This document shows, one piece after another, positions 30,974-39,812 of a DNA stretch of 64,000 nt. Under the pieces are notes generated by a model. It searched no databases and had not been told where the DNA came from. It saw only the letters and a program-made list of their open reading frames with translations. Position 1 is the first letter of the stretch. Every line of letters begins with the position of its first letter. The stretch comes from Thiorhodococcus minor (GTDB lineage Bacteria > Pseudomonadota > Gammaproteobacteria > Chromatiales > Chromatiaceae): the NCBI RefSeq assembly GCF_010820565.1, contig NZ_JAAIJQ010000003.1, positions 19,251 to 83,250 of the forward strand, in the 5' to 3' direction. Both the position numbers and the translations under genes were made by a program.

Positions 30974-31326
30974 GGTCTTCTTCCTGCCAGTAAGGTGCTA
31001 GGCGATGCTCGAGCAGCACCGACGCGCTGCCACTCTAAAGCGTGAGAGCAAACCCGTTCGCTTACTTGTGCTTTCGCCTCTTATCGTTTCGTATTTCACC
31101 GGGATCGAGACCCTGAAAGGCGTCGATTCCTGCCTCGATCGTCTTGCGGTAGCCCGCCCGAATACTCGATGCGGACCGCTCATGCGGCCCGCCCTTGCGC
31201 AGCAGCGGGGACCGGGCGACCGGGTTTCGCAGCTTGCTCATCTCCTTGTACCTCGTTGCTATGACCCGTGACCAAACGACCGCAATCCTTTGCGGCACGT
31301 CAATCATCTTAGGGTGGACGAGCGGG

Positions 31327-31389
31327 AGCGAAGTCCACCGAATCTCGCCTCGGCGCTGGTGGACTGCGCTGCGCTTGTCCACCCTACGC
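31327..31389. repeat. REP-like palindromic repeat, family 1, copy 1
   Basis: gagcgaagtccaccgaat..cgc..cggc..tggtggactgcgctgcgcttgtccaccctacgc. Copies at 37189-37252 and 53679-53741 are >85% identical, all in the same orientation. Confidence 0.8.
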
Positions 31390-31391
31390 AT

Positions 31392-32609
31392 CTACCCCTT
31401 GGGGGCCTCGATCCGGACCAGCCCCTGCAGCAGCGATTCCATGCCGCCGAAGACAGTCAGACTGCCGACCCGCTCGGTGACGCGCTCCAGCGCCTCCAGC
31501 TCCTTGAGCCGCAGCAGGACCGGGTTCTGGTCCATCAGCTTGGCGGTGTTGAGCAGCGACCGCGTCGCCGCCGTCTCCTCGCGGCGGCGGATGAGGTTGG
31601 CCTGGGCCGCCTTCTCCGCCTCCACCACCTGGTTGAGGATCTGCTTCATGTCACCCGGCAGGATGACGTCCTTGATCCCCAGCGCCTCGACCTGGATCCC
31701 GTAGGGCTCCGCGCGCTCCTGGATGCCTGCGAGCAATCCCTGCTCGGTCACGCCCTTCTGCTCCAGCAGCTCGTCGAGCGTGCGGTCGCAGATGGCCTGA
31801 CGCAGCCCGAACTGCAGCTCCCGATACAGGAAGTCCTTGTACTTCGGCAGCCCGGCACGGACCTTCACGGGGTCCTCGACCCGGTAGTGCGCGCTCAGGT
31901 TGATCCGCAGGCTCACCTTGTCACGGGTCAGGATCTCCTGCCCCTGGACCTCCAGCTCCTGCAGCCGCAGGTCGGTCACTTCCACCTGCAGATTCCGCGC
32001 GAAGCTCCAGAAGGCGTGGACTCCAGGCTGTAGCGTCCGGATCAGCCGTCCATCCTGGATCAACAGACCGATCTCGTGGTCGGCGACCTCCTCCTCGAGG
32101 ATGTTGTCCAGAAACTCCGTCCCCGGCAGCACCTTGCCCAGCGTGCGGGCCTTCTCCCGCAGTGCGGGCGAGGCCGTGGTCCAGGCGTCCCTATGCCGCA
32201 TCCGGCGGATGCTCTCCATGAGCTCGGCATCGACGGCCAGGTCGGCCGACAGGTCGACCCGCTCGACGCGCACCTCGATCGGCCCCTTCCAGTAGAAGCG
32301 ACGACTCATGGGCGGAATCAGCGTGGTCAGCCGGCCCTCCAGGTAGACCAGTCCGGCCTCTCGATCGGCGGTCTCGACCGCGTCGACCCAGGCATTCCAG
32401 AGCGCCGCGGCCTCCTTGCGGAAGACCTCGGCATGCGCGTGGCTCAGCTCCGGATTGGTCAGGTCGTAGACCTCGATGGCCAGGGCGCCGGCCAGGTCCA
32501 CCCAGTGGTAGACGCCCGGCCCCAGCACCTGCTCCAGCATCCCGTTCTTCAGCACCAGGGCACGCTCGTGCTGGGCGACGACCTGTCGCTTGTATCCCAT
32601 GATTCTCAT
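31392..32609 (-). CDS. SPFH/band-7 (slipin-like) domain protein
   Basis: Two SPFH-like halves and a C-terminal coiled coil (EAEKAAQANLIRRREETAATRSLLNTAKLM); 405 aa. Confidence 0.75.
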   Translation of the reverse strand: MRIMGYKRQVVAQHERALVLKNGMLEQVLGPGVYHWVDLAGALAIEVYDLTNPELSHAHAEVFRKEAAALWNAWVDAVETADREAGLVYLEGRLTTLIPPMSRRFYWKGPIEVRVERVDLSADLAVDAELMESIRRMRHRDAWTTASPALREKARTLGKVLPGTEFLDNILEEEVADHEIGLLIQDGRLIRTLQPGVHAFWSFARNLQVEVTDLRLQELEVQGQEILTRDKVSLRINLSAHYRVEDPVKVRAGLPKYKDFLYRELQFGLRQAICDRTLDELLEQKGVTEQGLLAGIQERAEPYGIQVEALGIKDVILPGDMKQILNQVVEAEKAAQANLIRRREETAATRSLLNTAKLMDQNPVLLRLKELEALERVTERVGSLTVFGGMESLLQGLVRIEAPKG

Positions 32610-32801
32610 CGTTCTCGTCTCCTCTGCCGTCGGTCGATCAAGGGGGCGGCATCATGTCTACCTGTTTCGCTTATCGGTTGGGTTGCGGAAGAGCGACCAG
32701 CTTCCAGCCCCTGCGTCATCGCGCTCTTCGATTGCTGACGCCTCCAACAGCCGCTCGAATCGAGCCAATCCAGTTGCTCGTCAACTGGCTGACTGCAAAA
32801 A

Positions 32802-32831
32802 GCTGGCAGCTGGAGGCTGGAAGCTGGCAGC
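32802..32831. repeat. Degenerate 4-copy array of the GCTGGNN heptamer (GCTGGCA GCTGGAG GCTGGAA GCTGGCA)
   Basis: Direct reading. Same heptamer family as the perfect array at 2605-2673. Confidence 0.5.
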
Positions 32832-33130
32832 TCTCTTAAGCGGCTCGCCCCGCGTCGCGGCGATGGGCCATGAAGGCCGCACGGCCGCTAGGCTCCGGCT
32901 TGGTCGAGCCGCGACCCTGCGGCGCCTTCCGCACTCCTGTGCAGACGACCTGCTGCGAAGCGCTCCGATCCGCGCGTTTCTCCAAGGCGCAAGATCGCCG
33001 CGACGCCCCCGATCCGGCCTCCCTGCCGGCCCGCCGACGGGCGGGGATCGCTTGATCATCGGGCTGGGGCTCACCCCTGGGCTGTGGTTGGAGCAGGCTC
33101 CAACCGAAGGCGATGGACAGTCGCCTCATG

Positions 33131-33204
33131 TGGCAACGGCGGGATTCGAACCCGCTACCCACTGGTCCAAAACCAGTTGCTCTACCCGATTGAGCTACGT
33201 TGTC
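33131..33204 (-). tRNA. tRNA-Gln (anticodon UUG)
   Basis: Manual cloverleaf: GGTTCGAATCC T-arm, D-arm GCTC-AATCGGGTA-GAGC, anticodon stem ACTGG/CCAGT with loop TTTTGGA. Acceptor pairs 1-7 except an A2·C71 mismatch. CCA is not encoded. A 3' hairpin (ggttggagc...gctccaacc) follows. Confidence 0.7.
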
Positions 33205-33353
33205 GCCTCCACGGCCATCGCGCAGTGGGTACGGACCCCAGGGACACCCTCTGGCGCCTAGGCCCGCCACCGGGGCATTCAGAGCCCCAAGCGCTGACCA
33301 CGCGATGCGCTCCGCGAAGCTGGTTTCGCCCGAAGCGCCAAGTCTCCAGGCAC

Positions 33354-33386
33354 AAAAAAGCCCCGACCGGTGCTCCCGGTCGGGGC
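33354..33386 (-). terminator. Rho-independent terminator on minus strand (11-bp GC stem followed by U6)
   Basis: Plus strand reads aaaaaa-gccccgaccgg-tgctc-ccggtcggggc. On the minus strand this is a stem-loop followed by TTTTTTGTG. A second 9-bp hairpin lies at 33400-33424. Confidence 0.5.
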
Positions 33387-33643
33387 TTGAAATCCCGCCG
33401 GAAGGCCCTTTTGCTGGGCCTTCCGCGATCACAATCGAAAAAGACTCAGCTCAGAGGCGCAGCACTGTCCGTCCGCCCCGCGAAGGAGGTCCGGAGCCCT
33501 GGTTGTTTGAGGTTGCCGCTGACGATCATTGGAGTCTCGATCCTCTCGATTGCAGTTGTCAGTTGATTCAATGGGCGGCTAGTCTAGCGCGCAAATCAAG
33601 TATGTCAACACAAATATCAAGATTCTTGTAAATCACCGAGCAC

Positions 33644-34234
33644 ATGCAATCGACCACGATCCCCGGACGTATAAAGCTCGCGCGCAAGATGGCCGGCCTG
33701 CCCACTCAGGCCAGCCTCTTGGTGTGCATCCCCGGCTGGAAGCCCTCGCGGCTCGGCAACTATGAGGCCGGCATCTCCACGCCTGGCGCGGACGACATGC
33801 TGCTGATCGCGGAGGCGACCGGCGTCTCCGCCTGCTGGCTGATGTTCGGCCAGGGGCCGATCCGACCGAGCGAGCGCGACCTCCAGGCCGTGCGGCACCA
33901 GAATCTGGCCCAGGCGCTGGATGGCATCGAGGCGGACGAGGAACGGCTGGCGGAGACGGTCAAGCGGCTGCGCATCTCGCGCAAGCGGCTGCGGGAGCAC
34001 CTGGACAATCCCTTTCTGCCGATCTCCGACGAGCTGGCCCGCAGACTGGAGCGCCTCCTCGGCGCCAAGCCGGGCTGGCTGGACGAGCAGCACGTCGAGC
34101 GCGACCCGCTCTTCCTGTCCTTCCCCGAGGAGATGCGCGAGCTGATGATGATCTATTCCGAGCTGCCCGCCAGCCAGCGCCCCGTGCTCATGGCGACGGT
34201 GCGCGCCCTGCGGGATTCACTGACGACGGCCTAG
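33644..34234 (+). CDS. XRE-family (Cro/CI-type) helix-turn-helix transcriptional regulator
   Basis: N-terminal HTH_3-like segment (RIKLARKMAGLPTQASLLVCIPGWKPSRLGNYEAG...LLIAEATGVSACWLMFGQG); 196 aa. Confidence 0.7.
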   Translation: MQSTTIPGRIKLARKMAGLPTQASLLVCIPGWKPSRLGNYEAGISTPGADDMLLIAEATGVSACWLMFGQGPIRPSERDLQAVRHQNLAQALDGIEADEERLAETVKRLRISRKRLREHLDNPFLPISDELARRLERLLGAKPGWLDEQHVERDPLFLSFPEEMRELMMIYSELPASQRPVLMATVRALRDSLTTA

Positions 34235-34452
34235 CTTGGCGAATCTCAGCGTCGGTGCCGATGGCCCCAAGGCTGGGAGTGTCGGCCTCCAGGCCGACAC
34301 CTGTTGACCTGGAGGCCGTAGCGGGCTTCACCTGGCGGGTGAGCCAGCAGGAAACCCCGATCTTGAAAGTGATCAAGGCCTTGCATGAAGCACGAAGCGG
34401 TCAACTGCCGGATCTAGGTTCAAGCTGACGCTATCGGCCGGCGGAGCCGCGA

Positions 34453-35820
34453 TCAGGCCTCGCGAACGGTCGCCAGACGCCGCCGCAGGAGCTGAACGTG
34501 CAGCCGCAGATCGTAGAGCTCGTCGGAGTAGGACAGCGGCACGTCGACCTGCGCCGCCTCGCACTCGATGCGCTCCAGGCGCCCCGCGAGCGCGTCGAGG
34601 GCAGCGTCGTCGCCACGGCCGGTCTCGAGCTCGAGGTCGATCTTTCTCAGCTCGACATACCAGCGCAGGATGCGTCGGCGGATCCGCCAGGCATAGATGG
34701 GCGGCAAGATCTTGATGAGCGGGAACAAGAGGGCGACCAGCGGGAGCAGCATGACCTTGGTGCGGTCGATCCAGGTCGCCGCCCAGAAGGGGAGATAGCG
34801 CTGCAGGAAGGGCGGGCCATGCTTGTAGTGACGCTCGGCGTCGCTGCTCATCGGAAAGTCGCTGTGCTGCGGCGTCGGAAAGGTCCCTGGGGCGGCGAGC
34901 AAGCTGCCCTGTCCGTGCGCCTCGACCGCCGCCTCGATCAAGAGATCCACCAGTGCCGGGTGAATGTCCGGCCGGGCGACCAAGTTTGCCGTCGCCGCAA
35001 CCAGGTCGAGGTCCCTCTCTGGAGACTGCCGAGCCAGGTCGAGCACGCCGGTCGGGAGCTCGAGCCGGGTGAGCGAGCGGTCGATCCGGGCATAGGCCGG
35101 CGCCTCATCCAGTGTCCGAGCACGCACTTCGGGATCCGCCACCAGGGCGGCGAGCAAAGGAGAGTCCGCGGCGGCCACCATGACGAGCAGGTCTAGCCGA
35201 CCAGAGCGCAGCCGCTCGGCCAAGGCGGCGGTGTCATCGCGGATCAGCTCCGCATTGTCATCCGTGATCCCGCTCTCCCGGAGCATGCGCTCGGCCAGAA
35301 AGGCCGTCCCGCTATCGGGCGGGCCGATGCCGATCCGCGCGCCCTCCAGCGCGCTCAGCGGAAGATCCTCCGCGTCGACGGGCACCAACAGCCAGACCGG
35401 CTCGTAGAACATGCTCCCCAGCCCCATCAAGGCCTCGCGCTGCTCGGGCGTGGCGACCCCACTCTGAACGAAGGCCAGGTCCACCGGCGCATCCGCATCC
35501 AGAATGCGCGCGAGATTGTCCACGGAGCCCGCCGTTTCGACCACGTCCAGGGTGATCCCGTGGCGCTCCAAGGCCCGGCGATACTGCTCCGCGTAGCTGT
35601 AGTAGCCGCCCTCGGCGCCGCCGGTAGCGATACTGACCTGCACCGGCGGTGCTGGCTGGATGTATTGCGCGGTGACGTAGAAGGCGATAACGACCAAGAG
35701 GGCACTGCCGCCGAAGAGGCCGACCGCCTCCCAACGGCCGCGCTTCGGCTTCGGTCGATTGGCGGACTTGGTGCTCGAGGAAGGCATCCGAGGCTCCCGA
35801 GTGCGGGCCAGCGGCGACAT
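34453..35820 (-). CDS. TAXI-family TRAP-type periplasmic binding protein fused to a C-terminal membrane-anchoring extension, orphan
   Basis: N-terminal TM/signal, TAXI-like core (VSIATGGAEGGYYSYAE...LAFVQSG), C-terminal hydrophobic helix (VMLLPLVALLFPLIKILPPIYAW) and coiled coil. No TRAP permease genes nearby. Confidence 0.6.
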   Translation of the reverse strand: MSPLARTREPRMPSSSTKSANRPKPKRGRWEAVGLFGGSALLVVIAFYVTAQYIQPAPPVQVSIATGGAEGGYYSYAEQYRRALERHGITLDVVETAGSVDNLARILDADAPVDLAFVQSGVATPEQREALMGLGSMFYEPVWLLVPVDAEDLPLSALEGARIGIGPPDSGTAFLAERMLRESGITDDNAELIRDDTAALAERLRSGRLDLLVMVAAADSPLLAALVADPEVRARTLDEAPAYARIDRSLTRLELPTGVLDLARQSPERDLDLVAATANLVARPDIHPALVDLLIEAAVEAHGQGSLLAAPGTFPTPQHSDFPMSSDAERHYKHGPPFLQRYLPFWAATWIDRTKVMLLPLVALLFPLIKILPPIYAWRIRRRILRWYVELRKIDLELETGRGDDAALDALAGRLERIECEAAQVDVPLSYSDELYDLRLHVQLLRRRLATVREA

Positions 35821-36063
35821 GCCGCGGACTGTGTCGAGTCAGCATTATAGCCACGGCTGTCGACGGGGACGGACCCCTGCCCGCAGGCGACGGCCTCACC
35901 GACGCACGGCGAGCGGCATTTGAGGCGCAGCCGCGTCGAGCGCCTCGGCCGGTCCAAGCGACCTCGGTCACAGTGCGGCTGGCTCGCGCTGCCTATGCTG
36001 AGCCTGATGCATGCAAGCGGCGCTGAGCCAGACTTGAAGTCGCGCGTCTAGCAGCAACTTCTA

Positions 36064-36732
36064 ATGTTGCACTGCAATACAAGCGTGCGTAGCATCCCCC
36101 TAGCAACACCAGTTCTTCACGAGGTTTCATCGGTGCCAGGTCAAGCAGTCCGCGAGTCCATTCAGGGCCAACCCTTCAACGACGTGCTCAACGAGCTGCA
36201 CGCCCACACCTTTTCGGGCGCGCCCGGGGAGTCAGACCCCTTCACGCTCAGCGAGCTCGAGCGCGAGTACATCGCCTATGCCCTGGGGCTCTACTATCAG
36301 TGCGATCATTGCGTGGAGTATCACGGCCGTGTCGTAGAGCGCGTGCGCAAGAAGCTCGGCTCGGCGTCATGGGCCTGGAAGGACGAGATGCTGAAGGTGG
36401 TGCTCTTTCTGCGCACCAGTCGAACCAACGTCTCGGCGCGGGAATGGGAAGGCTGGATGGACGCCTGGCGACGCTTTGCCGGCCGCTTGCACCACCATGA
36501 GCGCGGTCTCGCCTGCAACATCGCCTATGCTGTAGGGATCGCCCGCGCCGACGAGCACCTGATGGATGTCGCCTTCGAGTCCCTGCGCAGTCTGTACGAC
36601 AACGACGAGACCCTGCTCGGGGTCATTCGCGACATCGACCGCGTCGTGGTCTTCATGAAGGCGGCAACGTCCAAGAACCGCACCGACCCCATCGTTCGGC
36701 GCCAGCTCGGGATGCGGGGAATTCGTATCTGA
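36064..36732 (+). CDS. Carboxymuconolactone decarboxylase/AhpD-like family protein
   Basis: AhpD-type CxxxHC-like motif YYQCDHCVEYHG in an all-helical context. Confidence 0.6.
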   Translation: MLHCNTSVRSIPLATPVLHEVSSVPGQAVRESIQGQPFNDVLNELHAHTFSGAPGESDPFTLSELEREYIAYALGLYYQCDHCVEYHGRVVERVRKKLGSASWAWKDEMLKVVLFLRTSRTNVSAREWEGWMDAWRRFAGRLHHHERGLACNIAYAVGIARADEHLMDVAFESLRSLYDNDETLLGVIRDIDRVVVFMKAATSKNRTDPIVRRQLGMRGIRI

Positions 36733-36857
36733 GGTTCTTGCCGACGCGCGGGGCATGGCTAGATGCCAGCGCACCGTCGCGTCGGCTTGGGCCCCCAGCC
36801 TGCCAGTCGGCTCAGTATGCCGAGCGATCCCGCCCTAGAGAGCTGGCGGCCGCCAGC

Positions 36858-37130
36858 TCAGTCATCCTCATCCCGATCACGCCGCTCGACCGTCTCCGGG
36901 TCGGCCGTGATGGGACGATAGATCTCCACCCGATTGCCATCGGCGAGCTTGGTATCGAGCTTGCTGATCTTGCCGAAGATCCCGACCTTGTTGACGTCCA
37001 GATCGATCTCCGGGAACTGGTCGAGCAGACCCAAGCGCTCGATGGCGTCCCGAATGGTGCTTCCCTCGGGCACGTCCAGCTTCAGCCAGGTCTGCTTGAA
37101 CTTGTCTGCGTAAGCGACTCCGACGTGCAT
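36858..37130 (-). CDS. rnfH: RnfH (Rnf complex-associated ubiquitin-fold protein)
   Basis: MHVGVAYA...GSTIRDAIERLGLLDQFPEIDL..NKVGIFGK...DGNRVEIYRP matches the RnfH/UPF0125 pattern. Internal Met chosen; the track ORF N-terminus (to 37169) runs into the repeat. Confidence 0.8.
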   Translation of the reverse strand: MHVGVAYADKFKQTWLKLDVPEGSTIRDAIERLGLLDQFPEIDLDVNKVGIFGKISKLDTKLADGNRVEIYRPITADPETVERRDRDEDD

Positions 37131-37188
37131 CTTTGTTCTCGCTCCAGTCTTAAGAAGATTCGTGGGCACCAGCCAGGTGGACGAGCGC

Positions 37189-37252
37189 GAGCGAAGTCCA
37201 CCGAATCCCGCGCCGATGCCGGTGGACTGCGCTGCGCTTGTCCACCCTACGC
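37189..37252. repeat. REP-like palindromic repeat, family 1, copy 2 (rnfE-rnfH spacer)
   Basis: gagcgaagtccaccgaatcccgcgccgatgccggtggactgcgctgcgcttgtccaccctacgc. Confidence 0.8.
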
Positions 37253-37289
37253 CCTCAGCCCGAAGGCACAGTGGAAGAGGGACCGGTTA

Positions 37290-37332
37290 CGCCCTCTTCG
37301 CGTCCTTTGCGCCTTTGCGCCTTTGCGGTTCC
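37290..37332. repeat. Family-2 arm with internal triplicated cctttgcg direct repeat
   Basis: cgccctcttcgcgtcctttgcgcctttgcgcctttgcggttcc. Confidence 0.45.
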
Positions 37333-37350
37333 AAATGACCGCACCCGGCA

Positions 37351-38058
37351 TCACGCCAAGGCCTCGCCCCCGGACTCGGCGCTGCGGCGCTTGACCTCGG
37401 CGATGCGGGCGTCGATGAGGCGCTTGGCGGCGAGCATGAAGCCGAGCGCGATGAATCCACCCGGCGGCAGAATGGCCAGCAGGAAGCCGCGGTACTCGGG
37501 GATGATGGTGACCTCGAGGAAGGACATGCCATCGCCCAGCAAGAGACTGGCGTTGGCGAACAGGGTCCCGCTGCCGATGATCTCGCGCAGCCCGCCCAGC
37601 ACGACCAGCACGAAGGTGAAGCCGACGCCCATCATGAGCCCGTCGAAGGCCGAGGGCAGCACTGGGTTGCGCGAGGCGAAGGACTCCGCCCGCCCCAGGA
37701 TGGCGCAGTTGGTGACGATGAGGGGGATGAAGAGCCCCAGCACCTTGTGCAGGTCATGCAGCCAGGCGTTCATGCCGAGATCGACCAGGGTCACCAGGAC
37801 GGCGATCACTAGGATGAAGATGGGGATGCGCACCTCGGGCGTCACCTGGCCGCGAATCATGGCGACGAGCAGGCCGGCCGCGATCATGACGACCGTGGTC
37901 GCCAGCCCCATGCCGAGTCCGTTGGTCGCCGTGCCGGTCACGGCCAGCAGGGGACAGAGGGCGAGCGACTGGGCGAAGACGACGTTGTTGTTCCAGAAGC
38001 CGTCGGAGGCGATCCGCCCCCACGGGGTCTTGGGCTTGGTCTCTGTGTCTGTGCTCAT
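37351..38058 (-). CDS. rnfE: Rnf electron-transport complex subunit E
   Basis: Polytopic NqrD/RnfE signature ([30 protein letters not shown]). Confidence 0.9.
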   Translation of the reverse strand: MSTDTETKPKTPWGRIASDGFWNNNVVFAQSLALCPLLAVTGTATNGLGMGLATTVVMIAAGLLVAMIRGQVTPEVRIPIFILVIAVLVTLVDLGMNAWLHDLHKVLGLFIPLIVTNCAILGRAESFASRNPVLPSAFDGLMMGVGFTFVLVVLGGLREIIGSGTLFANASLLLGDGMSFLEVTIIPEYRGFLLAILPPGGFIALGFMLAAKRLIDARIAEVKRRSAESGGEALA

Positions 38059-38723
38059 GGCTGACTCCGGACGGGCGCATCGGGATCCGTCGTGGTGATC
38101 TGGGCCGGGGTCGTCAGGGCCTCGCGGTGGCTCTGGAAAAACTCCAGACCGCGCCGGATCGAGCCCACCACGGCACGCGGCGTGACGGTGGCGCCGCTGA
38201 ACTGGTCGAAGTCACCGCCGTCCTTCTTGACCGCCCAGCGCTCCGCGGGCGGCTCTCCTAGCGAGAGTCCGTCGAAGTCGAGGATCCAGTCGTCCTTGGC
38301 GACCTCGATCTTGTCGCCCAGTCCGGGCGTCTCGGCGTGCGCGAGCACGCGCACCCCGAGGATCTTGCCGTCGGCGCCGATGCCCATGATGGACTCGATC
38401 TCGCCGGCATAGCCGATTCCGACGATGCGATAGGCGACCGCCTTGACCTGGAGCCCGTCCAGCGCCCGATAGACGGTCACGGGCGCGCCATCCGCGTTCT
38501 CGAGCGTCAGGGGGTGCGCCAGCAGGTCGTTGTCATGCATCGCGGGCGGAATGACCTGGCTCAGCGAGGCCTTGAGGTCCTCGGCCTTGCGCAGCTCGAT
38601 GGTGTCGCGGGTCGCCATGTCGCCCATGACGAGAAGGGCGGCGGCGAGCAGGGTGGAGCCGCCGAGCAGCCCGGCCTGATAGCCGATGCGCTGGCGGTAG
38701 CTCGGCACGCTGGCGTGACTCAT
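38055..38723 (-). CDS. rnfG: Rnf complex subunit G (FMN-binding)
   Basis: NqrC/RnfG FMN-attachment motif (...FDQFSGATVTPRAV, Thr-linked FMN) and N-terminal TM. Confidence 0.9.
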   Translation of the reverse strand: MSHASVPSYRQRIGYQAGLLGGSTLLAAALLVMGDMATRDTIELRKAEDLKASLSQVIPPAMHDNDLLAHPLTLENADGAPVTVYRALDGLQVKAVAYRIVGIGYAGEIESIMGIGADGKILGVRVLAHAETPGLGDKIEVAKDDWILDFDGLSLGEPPAERWAVKKDGGDFDQFSGATVTPRAVVGSIRRGLEFFQSHREALTTPAQITTTDPDAPVRSQP

Positions 38724-39811
38724 GATTCCACCTCCGCGTCGTCGGCGTACTCGATGGGCGCGCCCTTGCGGTCACGGCCATAGACGCGCGGTTTGATGTA
38801 GTAGTCGATCAGCGGGGTGCAGGCGTTCATCAAGAGCACCGCGAAGGCGACGCCCTCCGGATAGCCGGCCCAGGTGCGGATGGCGTAGACCAGCAGCCCA
38901 CAGCCGGCGCCGAAGAGGAGCTGCCCCCGCGTCGAGACCGGCGAGGTCACCAGGTCCGTGGCGATGAAGAAGGCGCCGAGCAGGGTCGCGCCGGATACCA
39001 GATGGTAGAGCGCGCTGGTGTAATGCTCGGGGTCATAGAGATTCATGACCGTGGCGAGCACGGCGATGGTCCCGAGCATGGCCAGCGGGATGTGCCAGGT
39101 GATGATGCGCTTGAAGATGAGGAAGAGCCCACCGAGCAGGATCAGCACCGCCGACGTCTCGCCCATGCTGCCGGCGACCGTTCCGATGGCCCCGGAGAGT
39201 GGCGCGAAGAAGCCCGGCAGGATGCCGGACAGGCTGAGCCCCTGGCCCAGCTCGGTGCGCACGTGCCCGAGGACGGTCGCGCCACTGTAGGCATCGAAGC
39301 CCTGACCGCCGAAGGTGATCGCCAGCCCCTCGACCAGCCCGGGCGCATCGGCGGAGAACAGGGGCGCCGGCTCGACGAAGCTGGTCATCTCGAGGGGGAA
39401 GGCGATCAAAATGGCCACACGCGCAACCATCGCCGGATTGAAGAGGTTCTGGCCGATGCCGCCAAAGACCTGCTTGGCGATGACGATGGCCATGAAGCTG
39501 CCGACCACGCCGATCCACCAGGGCGCCCAGGGCGGCAAGGTCATGGCGAGCAGCCAGCCGGTGAGCAGGGCCGAGCCGTCGAAGACGAAGGGGCGGATGG
39601 GCTTTCCCGCGATCCCCAGACTCATGACCTCGAACAGCAAGGCCGAGGCGATGGTCGCCGCGAAGAGGTAGATGGCGGGCCAGCCGAACTGCCAGAGCCC
39701 GAAGGCCGTGGCCGGCAGCAGGGCCAGCATGACCAGCCCCATGGTGCGGGAGATGCTGATGCGCTCGTGGGCGAATGGCCCGGCCTGGGCGGCCGGGGTC
39801 TCGATACTCAT
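38720..39811 (-). CDS. rnfD: Rnf complex subunit D
   Basis: NqrB/RnfD polytopic protein (GGIGQNLFNPAMVARV, SGATVLG). Confidence 0.9.
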   Translation of the reverse strand: MSIETPAAQAGPFAHERISISRTMGLVMLALLPATAFGLWQFGWPAIYLFAATIASALLFEVMSLGIAGKPIRPFVFDGSALLTGWLLAMTLPPWAPWWIGVVGSFMAIVIAKQVFGGIGQNLFNPAMVARVAILIAFPLEMTSFVEPAPLFSADAPGLVEGLAITFGGQGFDAYSGATVLGHVRTELGQGLSLSGILPGFFAPLSGAIGTVAGSMGETSAVLILLGGLFLIFKRIITWHIPLAMLGTIAVLATVMNLYDPEHYTSALYHLVSGATLLGAFFIATDLVTSPVSTRGQLLFGAGCGLLVYAIRTWAGYPEGVAFAVLLMNACTPLIDYYIKPRVYGRDRKGAPIEYADDAEVES

Positions 39812-39812
39812 C

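Noticed and set aside
31062-31241. 59-aa basic ORF (MSKLRNPVARSPLLRKGG...) upstream of rtcB
   Set aside because: The Shine-Dalgarno sequence abuts the ATG with 0-1 nt spacing. The longer track ORF's N-terminus is simply the translated REP-like repeat. No recognisable family; left unannotated.
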